Program-made: the position numbers and the translations under genes
Shown here: positions 39,451 through 53,029 of the stretch, in pieces
Layout: every line of letters starts with the position of its first letter
Position numbering within the stretch: position 1 is the first letter of the stretch
From: Podarcis liolepis
Taxonomy: Eukaryota
DNA length: 64,000 nucleotides
Reading direction: 5' to 3' (one strand)
NCBI GenBank assembly: GCA_965112155.1
Contig: OZ218098.1
The notes under the pieces: generated by a model
Databases searched by the model: none
Told to the model about the DNA's origin: nothing
The model's input: the letters and a program-made list of their open reading frames with translations, nothing else

Positions 39451-40044
39451 AAATATGTTCTCAGCTCCCACAAAGCTATGTGTTTTGGTGAAAGAATGTG
39501 TCAAGGAAAGAAAACTGGTTGGCTTTGCAGCTTTCAGCAAAGAACCTGCGGTATGCAGAGAGTAATACATTTCTCCCCTTTAGATTTGTCATCTAATCTT
39601 TTACGCCTTACCTTCACTATGACCTGTATTTGTCAGATCCCCTGAGGCTAGCATTGTTAGTGAGTGTGGCGACAGCTGTGCCATGTTAATGAGTCAGTAA
39701 AATGGGACAGTTGTCTGGCTGTTGCAACTCCTGCAGAATATTTATCAGCTTTGTCATATATTTTTAAGGGCACGTGTCCTGGTGCAGCAATGGTTACTTG
39801 ATAAAAAGGGAGAAGCAAGTGCCCAAATGGCAGAAGGGAAGTTGATTAATTAGAGTATGAGATCTTGAGACCTCATCAGAATGTGTTAAACCTTAGCAAA
39901 TTTGCCTGCGTAATGCTTAATGTTTCTGAAAAACACAAATGAATTCATTACTGTGGATTTTATTACACAGGGCATTTTTAGTCTTCAGGCGCTAGCTACC
40001 AAAATAGCAGATCCATTCTTGGGTACTATATATGCACCCAAACA

Positions 40045-40220
40045 CATAAGAACATGAGAAGAGCCTGCTGGATCAGGCAGTGGCCCATCTAGTTCAGTAT
40101 CACGTTCTCACAGTGGCCAACCTGATGCCTATGGAAAACCCACAAACAGGACCCTAAGCACACGAGCGCTATCCCCTCCTATGGTTTCAAGCAACTGATA
40201 TTCAGAGGCATACTGCCTGC
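40045..40220 (-). mobile_element. L2/CR1-group LINE 3' end
   Basis: cataagaacatgagaagagcctgctggatcagg...ccatctagttcag...ctcacagtggccaac; related pieces at ~47985-48135 and ~57595-57820. Confidence 0.65.
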
Positions 40221-40512
40221 AATGGGTGGGCATTTATTTGTTGGGCATCTATATTCTTCAAGAAAAGGATCTAAACTACTGCCACATGACTGTAAGAATC
40301 CTGACAGTGGTCCAAATACTAGGATCACTTTTTAAGAACTATGTGAAAGCACTGCTCATGTGAACAAAAAGTGAAGGTTTTGCTTGCCAACAGCTGTGTT
40401 GTTTTAAGCAGTAAAAATGCACCAATAATAGATTTCCTCAAGGCACTTGGAAATGTTATTGTGTGGGTTCTTCATTATTGTACTTAGTCCATAGTCTGCA
40501 GATCAAGTGTCC

Positions 40513-41058
40513 TGATCAAGGGAAGTAATATACCTGTTCTATTCTGCCTTGGTCAGACCACACTTGGAATACTGTGTTCATTTCTGGGCTCTGCAGTTTA
40601 AGAAGGATATTGACAAGCCTGAACATATGCAGAGAAGTGAGGACAAAATGATAATGTGTCTTGAAACTAAGTCTTGTGAGTTGAGGAAGTTGGATATGTT
40701 TAGCATGGAAAAGAGGAGACTGAGAGGAGACATGATAGCCATCTTGAAGTATCTAAAGGGCCGTCACATGAAGGATGGAGCAAGCATGTTTTCTCCTGCT
40801 CTGGAGGGTAGAGCCTGAGCCAATGGATTCAAGTTACAAGAAAGAAGATTTTGACTAAACATTAGGAAGAACCTTATGATGGTAAAAGCTGTTTGATAGT
40901 CGAAAGGCTCCATTGGAAGGTGGTGGGCTCTCTGCCTTGGAGGTTTTTAAGCAGAGATTTGATTGTCACATGTCATGTATGATCTAGTTGAGATTCCTGC
41001 ATCACAGGGGGTTGGACTAGATGACCCACAGGGTCCCTTCTAACACTACAACTCTTTG
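40513..41058 (+). mobile_element. CR1 LINE 3' fragment
   Basis: LVRPHLEYCVHFW...FKKDIDK...LDMFSMEKRRLRGDMIAILKYLKG is the CR1 ORF2 C-terminus, followed by a CR1 3'UTR. Confidence 0.92.
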
Positions 41059-42083
41059 TTATTCAAGTATATGCTTTCCTTCTTTCAAACTAAACTGTTC
41101 TTCTGTTAAAGTAATCAGCATTCTGTTTAGGTGAGCAGGAGCTGTGAAAATAACATTCCACTTAGAAAGAGGCATGTGTTGTGAGGATTTGTTCATAGTT
41201 TGTATGTGTCAAGGAAGTTCTGGGAGAAAATGGACAAAGGTGAACAAGCATCAATGAAGGGAAATTAATGCCTTAATTACAATGTTCCAATGCAAGATGA
41301 ATACTTCTCATCTAAGAGCATGAACCACTGGGGTATATATGCTATGAATTCATATAATTAGTAGTTGATATTTCAAAAGCAAAGCAAAGAAAATACTTGA
41401 AATGCCACTGATGTGTATAAAGGTATAAAACTGGAAGAACCCCCTCCCCAAAGCAAAATGAAATAAGTGCAGTATTGATCAGTTCCACTTATAGTGGATG
41501 GCAGTGTTGCTAACTGTGCATTAAAAAATATTAGTTAGGATTCAAGCAGAGCCACTGCCACTGATTAGTTTTCCATTTTAAGTCAATAATGATACATATT
41601 CTAAATTAGACTAAATCCATCTGTCTTGAGGTTATGTGGTTCATGTATACCGTAGTTCACGTATAGAGAATGAATAGTTTTGCAATTATCATTACAAAAA
41701 AAGTGATGGGGGGGATATTAAACTTAAAGCAATCTTCCAAGTGTTGATCTTTACAGCAGACCTATAAAAATGCCCAGTACAAAGTAAATTATGGTTCAAG
41801 GTGTTTTAGCAAACGTTGAGGTTTCATTGTGGCTTTAATTTCAGCCTTCTATCTTACAAATCAAAATTATCTTCCCAGACAATGTTCAGGGTTGAAACCT
41901 TTGTGAAGTCACTTATGACCAATTTCCCGCCATGGAAATTCACCCCAACCCTTAATTCAGTTACTGAATATGAAAAAGTCACTGGCAGCAATTTCAGGAG
42001 TGTATTCCAGTTGATTCAAACTAAGGAATCATTTTTATTCTGTGTAGTTTTGGTTTCCTTTGTTTAGGTCTATGAGTATGGAC

Positions 42084-42351
42084 CAGGGCCAGATTTAGGT
42101 TTGATGAGGCCCTAAGCTACTGAAGGTAACGGGGCCCTTTATATAGCAGGCAGGGCCCATTACTTACATCATAGGAGCCTACACAACACAAAACACTCTA
42201 TCTGCATGTAGGTTTTATTTGTTTGTTTTTTATCTTATATTTTGGAAATGTACATCCAGTGATTTTTTTCCCTTTACATTTTTTTGTGGGGCCCCAAGAG
42301 AGCCAGGCCCTAAGCTATAGCTTGTTTAGCTTATACATAAATCCGGCACTG
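42084..42351. mobile_element. hAT-type MITE
   Basis: TIRs CAGGGCCAGATTTA / TAAATCCGGCACTG; perfect 8-bp TSD GTATGGAC (42076-42083, 42352-42359). Confidence 0.9.
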
Positions 42352-42573
42352 GTATGGACTCTCAAGCTTCTTCCATTGCAAAATCTGATGCCTCTGAACA
42401 TCCTTGCCTTGAAGATTTTAACCAAGTATGAATTGAAAAAATCTGTTCACAAAGTTGCATTTTAAGGCTGCAATCTTAAACGTTGTTACTAAGTCCCACT
42501 AAAACAATTTCCACTAAGTTTCAACTACACATGTTGAGGATCAGGTTGTGAAATTTTAAGTTGCAACACTATT

Positions 42574-42653
42574 TCATAGAATCATAGAATTGTAGAGTTG
42601 GAAGGGACCCGGGGAGCATCTAGGCCAACTCCTTACAATGCTGGAATCTCAAC
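42574..42653 (-). mobile_element. CR1 3' tail fragment
   Basis: tcatagaatcatagaattgtagagttggaagggacc (octamer tail in antisense). Confidence 0.8.
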
Positions 42654-45600
42654 AGTTTCAGGAGAATGTAAAGTCAAGGAAAATTATCAGTTGAGAAGTG
42701 CACTGAAAATGCAGCTCCTGAGAACTAGAACTTGCTTATTATGTTTATGTATGTTAGGCTAAGAGGTGATGGTATTGCCCTGTCTGCCCCAATAAATGAA
42801 ATATGATCTGCTTTAACAAGAAACTGCTGACAGAATTACTCTACAAAATTGTAAATCAAAGTATATGAGTATACTTTACATACAAGCTGTGAATTGGTTT
42901 TTCCTATGTGAGCAAAAATTCACTGTGTTCTAATATTTACCGTAGATACTGACTTGTGGGAAGTCTCTTGGTTTTCATGTCCTTCTGTGTTAAAATGAGA
43001 GGTCTGCAAGTGCATTGTATTCAAGCTTCTTTATTTGAGGAAGTAATGGTGTACAGATTTTTTGTGGCGATTACTGAGCTGGCTACCGTGTGCAGATAAG
43101 AACACGCTGCTGTACTGTGCAATCACTGGCTTTCCATCTGTAAGCTTTAGAGTTGTTGCTATAAAAGGCTAACCTCCTGCAGATATAGAGATTTTAGGTA
43201 CATGACTGCAACAGGTTCCTGACCCTGGGTCCTCTGGGCTGTCAGTCAAAGATTCATTCTATAAATTGCTACCCAGCTCTAGACCAAGAAGAAGAAGATG
43301 CACAGGAATTCACAGGTCAGGTGAGAGTCATTGACCTTGATAAAAGCTTCCAGATCCAGTTGTCTCATTGATCTGATTAACTAGGGCAGAAGTGGGTAGA
43401 CTTTCAGGTTTGTTTTAAATAGAAACTTGAGATCCACCAGCGAGAGTCAGGTTGGGGATAGTGGGTGGGTCTGAGCACATCTGAACCCAGGAATTTGTTT
43501 CTAGTAACAAAAGTGAGTTATTGATTTGTTGGCACACAAATCTGTTTCTGGTTGTACAGTAAGCTTGCTTTCTTCCAACAGCTGAATTTAGAGAGATAAT
43601 ACTTGGTTGTATTAGAAAAAAAGATATAAAAGTCGATCTTGATCTGCCTTTTGCCTGACCCTGAAAGAGGGGTCTTTGCTCCTGTTATTCCATTGCCTTA
43701 TGATTTGCCCTTAAGTTTATGGAACTCTGTTCAAACAACTCTTGCTGCCAAACAATCATTTGCATTAAATAATTAAGTAACTTTCCTAAATGGGAGGAGT
43801 CCCTTTCTAGTGTGGTGAAATGACGTTGGAAAAATTAACAAATTGCATGGAGAGTGGCCCTGTTACCTAATTGCTTAGTCATTTGGCTGTACAGTTTAAG
43901 GCTCTTTTTCAAGTTCATGTCTAAGCATTGATGCTACTTTTACACCAATCTTATTCAGTTTAATGTTGGTTCTGGATTCTTAGTCAACATGTGTGGTGAG
44001 TGTACAGCTTTTTGACATATTTAGGTTAGGTGACTGCCACAATTCAGCAGCAGTCCATTTGCAGAATGCTGTCCCAAGAGTGGCTCACCTAATGCAGACA
44101 TTGCCATCTTTTGGATGCCAGGGAAATAAGTTCTTATTTTCCCAGGCAAAAATGGCCACTGGTATTGTGTTAGTTTTTGTGATATTCCTTTGGAAGCAGG
44201 GAAGAAATAATCTGTGTTGTAATTGATCTTCATGAGTGATCTTTTTAGTGTATTGGTTTTTTAAACAGATATATTCATTACAAAAAAATTTTTGCGGCCT
44301 TGAGTTGCATCAGGACTTCAGTGTTTGTATAAAGCATTACATAAATAAATAATAATAATAGAGAGTACCCTGTGTCTAGACTTTGCAACTATCAAGAGGC
44401 AATGTATGTTGCACATGAAATTGTTTGATATCTTCTTATGGAAATTTTTGATTCTTTAAAAAAACACCATAACTTTGCTTGCAAACTGCAGGGCAAAAGG
44501 CATGAGCAACTAGAGAGTTGAGCTACAGGTCTCCCTGCATTTTATTAAAGGGTGTGCAGGAAATGTTGCCTCTTTGAGAGGACTCCTTAATATCTATTCC
44601 TGTATCTAGAGTTTCAGTCTTAACAAGGTAATTAACAGCTTGGCTTGAGTGTTGCCTCCCCTCCTCCCCTTTGACACAAATTGTAGGGATTGGAAGTTCC
44701 AGCCCCAGCTATACTTCTTGACTTACATATTATTGAACTAGTTCACCTTTTCACTTGTCAGTGCAGAGAGCAGGGTCAGGGACGGGACTTTTAAGCAATG
44801 GAATGGCAGCTAAATTATCTAGCTGCATTGGAATTATTAACTAAATGGCTACTCCAGGACAACAGGCAATCATTTTTCTCCAGGCCATTACCTCTGGATC
44901 AATTCAGATGCCATCTGAAACCATAGATTGTGAAGCTTAAATCTAAACCTTTATTACCAGTAACTTTCTATTGCAATACCTTCCTGAAGTTGTCAGTAGT
45001 TAATGCAGACTGACTTGGTCATGTGAAACTAACAGTATTGTTGGTGTAACAGCACGAATTAGAAATTATTCTTGCCAGAGATGCCAATAAATATTTTACT
45101 CTCTTTAAGTTATATCGTTTATGTAAAAATTGAAATAAGATCTTACATGAAGCATTGTTTACAGAAATGAATGAGTAGAGCTCTTGGGAGGAGGACAGCA
45201 GGAAAAGACTATGGCTAGAGGACTTGCAAGCTATGCTGATGATGAGGTACTGGAATCACAGGGTGGGGTTGGATAGTGCTAGTCACTAAGGATGTTAAAG
45301 AGTCCAACTCCGCTTCTTCAGGTTCTGCTCTAGCAACAACTAAGCTTGCCTACTCTCTCTCAGCCTCTCCCTTTCTCTGTCTCATGTTTGCAATGCACTC
45401 ATGCTGGTTTCGAAATGGCACCAATGTCCACAGCACTTTTCTGTCCAGTTAGGAATGCTGAAGCCAGCTGCACGTTGTTCTACACTTCAGTGTTTTCTTA
45501 AGTGCAGTTCATAAATGACATTTGTAAAACCTACACTTAAGTTTCCTTTAGAAACAAAGCATTTGTATTTGATGAGTTCAGTAATGGTTACTGAATAAAT

Positions 45601-46909
45601 CTTGGCTATAGATCCTGGTTAGTGAGACACAGCTTAACCATGAATCCAAGTTTGGAATACATGCTAAGCCAAACCTTGGCATAGTTCAGCAAAGCCAGGG
45701 AGTATATATTAAAAAAAGACCAGGAAGGAGCAATAAAAGTGGTTGTGAGCTTTGCTGCTCCCCAGGAGCCTCCATGTTTGCACAGTACTGGTAAGCCCTG
45801 GGTAAGCCCTGCATCAACTTTGGTCTGTACTGCTTGCTCCTAATGTAGCTATGCTTAAGATGTAAACTAATTTATATTAGCAGGTAGAAGCAACTGATTA
45901 CACTCTTAAGGAATCCTCGGGTTGGTGTAAAATTCATTCCAAACTGTGCAGTAAGTGAGCCCGGGAAGTTCTGTTTTGAGAAGAGTAGCTTTTCATCCAG
46001 CTAGTCATTAAAATCAATTTTCTTTCCTACTTGATTCAATTTTTTTCCTAAGGCAGTAAAAGATTTCTGCTTATTCCCTAAACTGTCTGGCAGTCTGGGG
46101 AGAGTGCCAGTATAGGGGAAATGGAGGAGCTCTGTTTTGTAGTTAATGATATCAGCTAGAAAAATCAGAGAGGCTGTCAAAATGGTACGCTGTTGCCAAA
46201 ACAGGTAATTCTTTAAACTTCATGTAATAGAAGATGGTAGAGTAGGGGAAGAGGAAGTAGATTCTGATCTGAAAGTTTCATTTACTCACACTCTGTGTGT
46301 GTGTGTCTGTGTATATGTTGTGATATGAGTACCTTCTAAGGACAGAAAGCAAGCCAAAATAGAGTTGTGGTATTATGTAGAATTTTAAAGTGGTCAGAGT
46401 TAAAGATATGCCTCATCAGGGCATGTCAGCGGATGCAAGGGCAGAAAAGAAAGAAAACTGTGCAGTCACATAAACCAGAGTAGCCAACACGGTGTCCTTC
46501 AGATATTGTCGGGCTAAAACTCCCATCATTCCTGACCATTGGCCATTGCCGACTGGGGCTGATGGGTGTTGGGAATTCAGCAGCACCCGGATGGCATCAT
46601 TTTGGCTGCCCAGTACAAACCATGATGGCCGCATAAAAGCCTTCTGCATGGAAGCTGTATTGCAAACTATGGATCTGTGTGAGCCTGAGTGCTGTTGAGC
46701 CATGAGCCTGGTGGCAGCCCTCCAAGGTGCCTATGTGGGGGCCCCGTTGCATCTGAACCTGGCCCATATTCAAGTGAAATGCCTTTCATTATGAGAGTAG
46801 GGAGAGGCTGTGCATTGTAGCAATTTATCTGGGTAGGAGTACAGCTATCTCTTGTTTCTGCAAGGCTGGGCAATGGTGAAGGAAGGATGTGGCAATGACT
46901 CAGCAGGCA

Positions 46910-47052
46910 AACGAATGAAGCTGCTTTGCACAGTCAGGCCATTGTTCCATCTAGCTCAGTATTATCTATGCTTAATGGCAACGGCTGTTCCAGAGTTCTG
47001 GGCCAGGGATTGAACTTGGGACATTCTGCAGGCAAGGCATGTGTTCTGCCAC
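46910..47052 (-). mobile_element. Squam3-type SINE (internally deleted)
   Basis: gaagctgcttt...ccatctagctcagtatt...gggattgaacttgggacattctgcaggcaaggcatgtgttctgcca. Confidence 0.75.
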
Positions 47053-49826
47053 ACTCCATTCTCCAAGTTGCACTGACAAAATGAGGGTAGCTTTATGGTA
47101 GGAACGACCACCCTCCCCGCCCTGCGACATATGCATTAAAGTGATTAGGTTGCTTAGAAATTAAGTAAAGTGAATCCATGAGCTGAAAGAGCTGATTGAG
47201 GGATTGAAATCAATTGGTTGAACATGCAGGAAGCAGGTTCAGAGGTGAAAACACCTTGCCATTTTGTGTAGCTGACAACCAGCTGCACTTGTGAGTTTGC
47301 TTTCCTCATATCCACATAGCGATTGTTAGGAGCTTTTGGAAGAATTAGATCAGTCTGGCAGAGAGAAAGAGTCTATAATAAATATATATCTTAATATTTT
47401 ACATTTTGGGTTAGATTGAAGTTGTATCTACCAAGCACATCTCAGGATGAGGCCACCCAAGTACTTAAAGTGCTGTTAACCAAATTTGTGGCATGTAATG
47501 TACTCTCTGCTCTGCAAATCTGCCTGCATATGATGGAAAAAAAGAGCATATTATGTCATCTGCTTCTGGTGCACTCTTCTGAAATAAATTAAATTAAGCA
47601 TCCTTTTTATATGAAATTGTTTACAGTTGGTAGAAAACATAGATGCAATTTATTTTTAGACCTGTGTAATAAGATTCTCTTTTAAATATTTATTTTGTGG
47701 AGGCGTCATGGGCAGCTCAAAGCTAAGGCTCAGTTGGCAGAAAATTGCTGTTAGTGCTTCTTTTAATCTTATGGAACAGGATCAGTTACTTTAGCAGTAG
47801 GGCTAACACTAAGGTAAACAATTGTTTTCTTTTTTATATTATATATATAGTATGCAGATTGGTAGATATTTTTAGATCTGGCCTTTGAATGGCTTTTTCT
47901 AGCCCGGGTGTAGGATTTATTAAGGAACAGCTTTTGATGGTTGATTAAAATGGACATAAGATCTTTTAAAGTCCTGTTGATTTAAGAAAAGAGGAAGAGA
48001 CTGCTGGGTGATGCCAGTGAGCTATCTAGTCCAGGAAGTCCATATGCAAGCCCTAAGTGCAGGAGTCTTCTTTCTCCTCACTTGTGGTTCCCAGCAGCAG
48101 GCATTCAGAAGCGTCCTACCTCTGCCAATGGAAGAGTTTCAGTGGGAGACTTATGCATATGGTGCATATTCCTTTTGTTGAGAAACACTTAACTTTGGCT
48201 TAATTGTATCCAAAGTTCTTAACTGTCACAGTATTTGACATGTAGATGCCATATTCTTAATTCCTGGGATTTTGAACAGAATAGTTTTCATCTGGGCCAT
48301 CTCTCTTGTTGACCTGTTGTTCCTTAAATATGTAGAGCCACTTCTGAGTAATAACTCAAGAGTCATTTTAACCATTTCAATTGAATGCTCAGTGAGCAGG
48401 AAACTAAGGTAATCACAGATTTTCCATTAACTCCAACTCAGTTGGAGTTGGAGATTTCTTACAAATTTAGCTGTGCGTTATCTCTAACAATGGCATGAAT
48501 GTGTCCTTCACTCGTTTTCAAGCCCTTGCATCTTTTTGTATTATTCTTTTGCATCTCTAACCAGTCTTCAATGTCTTTAATCTTATTGTCACTATTGTTC
48601 AGCTTTGACAACACTGTCCTATCTTGTATCACTATAATGCCTGTGGCTTTGTCTTTGATCTTCATCCTTAGAAAATAGTATATGTAGCAGTGGTGGGTGG
48701 GTTTTTTGTGTTTGGTTTTTTAAAAATCCCTGTTCCACAGATACGTGTTGTGTGGAAATAAAATGGCTTAACAAGAACTGGATGCTCAGGGCCATACAAT
48801 TTTCCTTGTTCTATATTACCATGCTGGTATTGAATCCCTTACAACCCAAGACTTAATCAGAGGTCCACAAATTATGGCTATGCTTGGTAGCTCAAGCATT
48901 AATTCCTGCTTTCCAGCTCTGAGATCCAGTCCAACCAGGTTAGTGCAACAGTAGCATTATAAATTTATAAACACAGATATGATTGAAATTATGTAAATAG
49001 GGTTTGTGTAGGCTGATTTGCTCTCCTGCCCCCTTTTAAAATTGATGTCAATTTTGGCAGGGTTGTGTTGTGGTTGTTTTCCTTTGAAAAATTTCAAGAC
49101 TGTCATGTTAGTTTAGGTAGTTGGCTTCCGTTGCTGTTTTCTGGCAAAACCATAAAATGTTGGGAAAGTGTGGAACTTGACCAGTAAAATGTTTGTTTTA
49201 ATTTTCTGTCTAATAAATGTTATAAAATGAAGGGAAGAAATTTTTTCACAAATGAGTCCCATGGCATGTTAAATACTTTTTTCCTGGAGTTTTCATAACA
49301 AGAAAAGGTGCACTTCTGAGATGAATCTACCCCCTCCCCCAAACTTTGTCACTGAAAATATCTACCCACGGCTACATGTGTTTCATAGAATTGTAAAGTT
49401 GGAAGGGACCCCATCTAGTTCAACCTTGCACTGTACTTGCTCCTCTGACTGAGAATTGATGTCCAAGATCAGGGGATGGAGTTGATTTTGTAGCTCCAAA
49501 TACACAGCATGTCTCCTGCTTTTTTGTGTTACATTCCACCAGGAATTCACTTCCTGAACTGGGCAGTCTTCCTTCTCCCTAGGGGCACTGCCCCAGCATC
49601 TCTGTTCCAGGACAGTCCACTCTGGTCTAGCAAGAATTTCCTCATCTTGTTTGTGTTTATCAGAATTCATGAAGAACCCCCCTCCCCTTTCTTATAAACC
49701 TTCATTTATTTTATTTTTATGTTATTACATTTATATTCCAACTTTCCTTCAAGGACCTCAACTTGGCGTACATGGATCTCCCCCTCTCTATTTTATCCTC
49801 ACAACCCACTACCAATCAGTATAGAC

Positions 49827-50314
49827 CAGGGGTCTGCAACCTTTAAGACAAAAAGAGCCACTTGGACCCGTTTCCGAAGCAAAAAAAACTGGGAGCTGCA
49901 AAACTCGTCATTATAAAAATAACTTTTTTGTCACTTTTTTATTATTTCTTTGTTTGACCCCTCAGAATTACTCCTCCTCATAGAAATAAATGTTAAATTA
50001 ACAAGTTACCTTTTTGTGTGTGTGTGTTCTTCACTCCCCTTCAAAACAGTGACCAGCGAACATGCCCCCTTTCAATGCAGTGACCAGCGTACATGCCCCT
50101 TACAATGTAGCGGGCGGGAAGGTGACGTCGGGATGGTGCGTGACTAATGCACGCACCGCCCCCATGAGACGTCACAGCCAGTACAGCGCCCGCCACAGTG
50201 GGGAGTGTCGGGGCGCACAATGTGCCTCCTCCCCTTGCTAGTATCCACCCCGAGCCGTGGCAAAGGTGTAAAAGAGCCACATGTGGCTCCGGAGCCGCGG
50301 GTTGCTGACCCCTG
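49827..50314. mobile_element. hAT-type MITE (488 bp) inserted in a Squam3 SINE 3' half
   Basis: TIRs CAGGGGTCTGCAACC / GGTTGCTGACCCCTG (14/15); duplicated target (G)TATAGAC. The flanks rejoin to ccaatcagtatagacaataatgtgttagatggg...aggcagcttcctatgttcct. Confidence 0.88.
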
Positions 50315-51328
50315 TATAGACAATAATGTGTTAGATGGGCTTATAGTCTGACTTTGTATAAGGCAGCTTCCTATGTTCCTTAGGGCGATAAAACAGAATT
50401 TATTTACCTTTCTTCCTCGGTTCTTTATTTTAAGTTCTCACAAGAGTTGATCGGTTTGCGAGGCTCATGATGAGTTTTAATTGCCATATTACCATGCTCT
50501 GAAGAAAACATTGGCTCCAAATTCATTTGGGCAGGTGGTTAAGCAAATCAAGAGCAGCAGGGAAAAAGGGGGTTCAAGTAGCTCCACTGTGACTATCATA
50601 TAACTGTCTCTGGGAGTTATTGTGAGGCTTTTGTCTACACACATCATAGCCCAACAAATTTAACTTTTCCCCAGGAGCTATATCAGTTTGGTAACTATAC
50701 AGATACCCAGCTGTGTCTCAGACATATGCCATGTTATGCTGTCAAGCTGATTATAATTATTACTTTAAATGAAATTTGGGGTATTTGTTTAGAACCTTAG
50801 TGGAGTATTGTTTATATCATGAACAAAACTCACAGAACTGTCAGTAGTTGTAGGACCGCTTTCCACATCAACATGTATGTTGAGGAGCTACTTTATCCTA
50901 CGAAGAGTTCTGGAAGTGTTCAGTATGTTGAAGGAAAAGTATACCTTGGAAAAGTTTGTCCCCATGGGTAAACCCCTGATAGCTACTGCAAATCTCAGTG
51001 TTTCCTGGCACACTTGAAAACAATTGTTATCCAGGGAGCCATAAATTTCGGCTTGGTAGCCAAACATCTTTTCCAGAAGCCAGCAAGTCTGACTTACCTA
51101 TTTCTTGGTCCACAGATAAGTGCATCACTTCTGCAGCCTTTTCCCTTGGTGAGGTGGAGTTAGTGGGAAGAAGTGGCAGGCAGGCTGAAAAGTGTGTTGC
51201 CAGCAACACATTCCCTCTAATCCATGACATTGCGTCACAGCAGAAGTTGCAGGCCATTCCCATCTTCATTCTTTGCTTTCCTGCATTGCCGGATGATGGG
51301 AAGACTCCATGTTTGCACCTTTCAGCAG

Positions 51329-51355
51329 AGTAGTAGTAGTAGTAGTAGTAGTAGT
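51329..51355. repeat. (AGT)9 microsatellite
   Basis: Read directly from sequence. Confidence 0.95.
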
Positions 51356-53029
51356 TGGTGAGTGTTGGAGCAATATTATAAAACACCTCACAAAAAGCCT
51401 TATGATTTCCATATCACAGATGGGACCTACTAGACCAAATTAGTTTTTGCAGATCCAGAACAAGGCATTGTAACCCTACTTGAATTTCACACGGAAAATC
51501 ATGAAACTACAATCCCCACTGAGATGACATCCTGGAAATAGGAATCACTTGCCCTCAAGCCAGTTTCTGCCAACTCTTCAAATCTAGAAGACAAAGGGAG
51601 AACATTTGGGGCAGATGTTTTTCGGGGGCAGTTCAAGGGGCATTCCTGCCTATTATTCTGTTATTGTTATTATTACTGGCCAATTAAATGCTGACCATAA
51701 GTTTGGGAAGATTCTGTTCAGACTTTGTAAACAGGATATTAAATAGTGAGAGGCTCTGGAGCGCCTGTTGTTTTAAAGCCTCCATTTGTCTTCACGCAAA
51801 TGATGATTCAGGGACAAGCAAAGAAAAAAGAAAAATGGTTGATCACAACATGAGAAAAGTGTCTGCTGATGGATTCATTTCTGTGGGACTAAGCTATGTA
51901 AGATGGCATGCTTGACAGAAAGTTGGAGAGGTTTCAAGATGCTCAGTGCAACCAAGGACTCCTGTATCTGTTAGAATCATGGGTGGTTGCCACAGGCCTG
52001 TTCAGCAGCACTCCAAGCACAAAGGAGACTTCTCCCCGCCCCCCACCCTGAAAATAGAACTACATCGCTTGCTCAAGGTTAAAAGTGATTTCATGTTGCA
52101 TTATCTTAACGTCTACCCTTGTCAGTTCTCATACATGTCTGTTTAGGAGGGAGGAAGTGTGTGTGCATGAAAGGTATAGACCCTAGCACTCAGAGCTTAG
52201 CCTCCTTCAGTCCATCTGCCTCTCATCTCTCTGCATAGTATATTTTTAATCATTTACAGTAGAGGTTTTTGTTAGAAAGTGTGAAGTGGCAGATATCACC
52301 GTATAAAGGAGGATTACCATCTGACATTAAGAAGGGAAGGACTTCAGCATGTAACATTGCAAGAGCAGCCTGAGAAGAATGGAGTGTGACTATATGAGGG
52401 CTGTCCATGCAGAGATGTGGGAGAACAGCTGTTTTTATGATGTATAGGTGGGGGAACAGGATTGACCCAAGATCTCTTCTTTATTTTCTGTATTTGAGAG
52501 CATTTCTAGATCGCTTAATCTTGCAGCCTGAGGTGAAGCAGCAAATGGTTTTCTCCCCACCCCTGCCCTTGCACCTTGGGACTCCAGGTGCAAGTTGCTT
52601 TGGCAGCTGAGGCAGGAAATCCCGCAAGTACCTCTCCCTCTCCTTGCAGTAAAAAATATAATAACAACTATCAATTTGTTGCACTTTGGTGACATCTGAA
52701 GTCATCAGCTGGATGCCGCCGTCTCCGCCAAGAGGACTGACAATAAACCATCCTACTAATCTTATATAAGCAAATGATTAACAAAATGTGAACTAATTAT
52801 TCGTGGAAGTCACTCATTGATTTTAGGCTGTGCGTGTTCTTTGAAAAGATAAGCTTAAACTATATTTCCATTATATCACAGGATGAAACTGGAAACAACT
52901 TTCTTTTCCAAATTATCTACACCATTCTTCCCCAGCCTTAGGTCTCCACATACTGTTCAGCCACGACTTCTGTCATCACTGACCATTGACCCGTTGGCTA
53001 AGGATGGTGTGGGGATGTGCATGTAGCAA

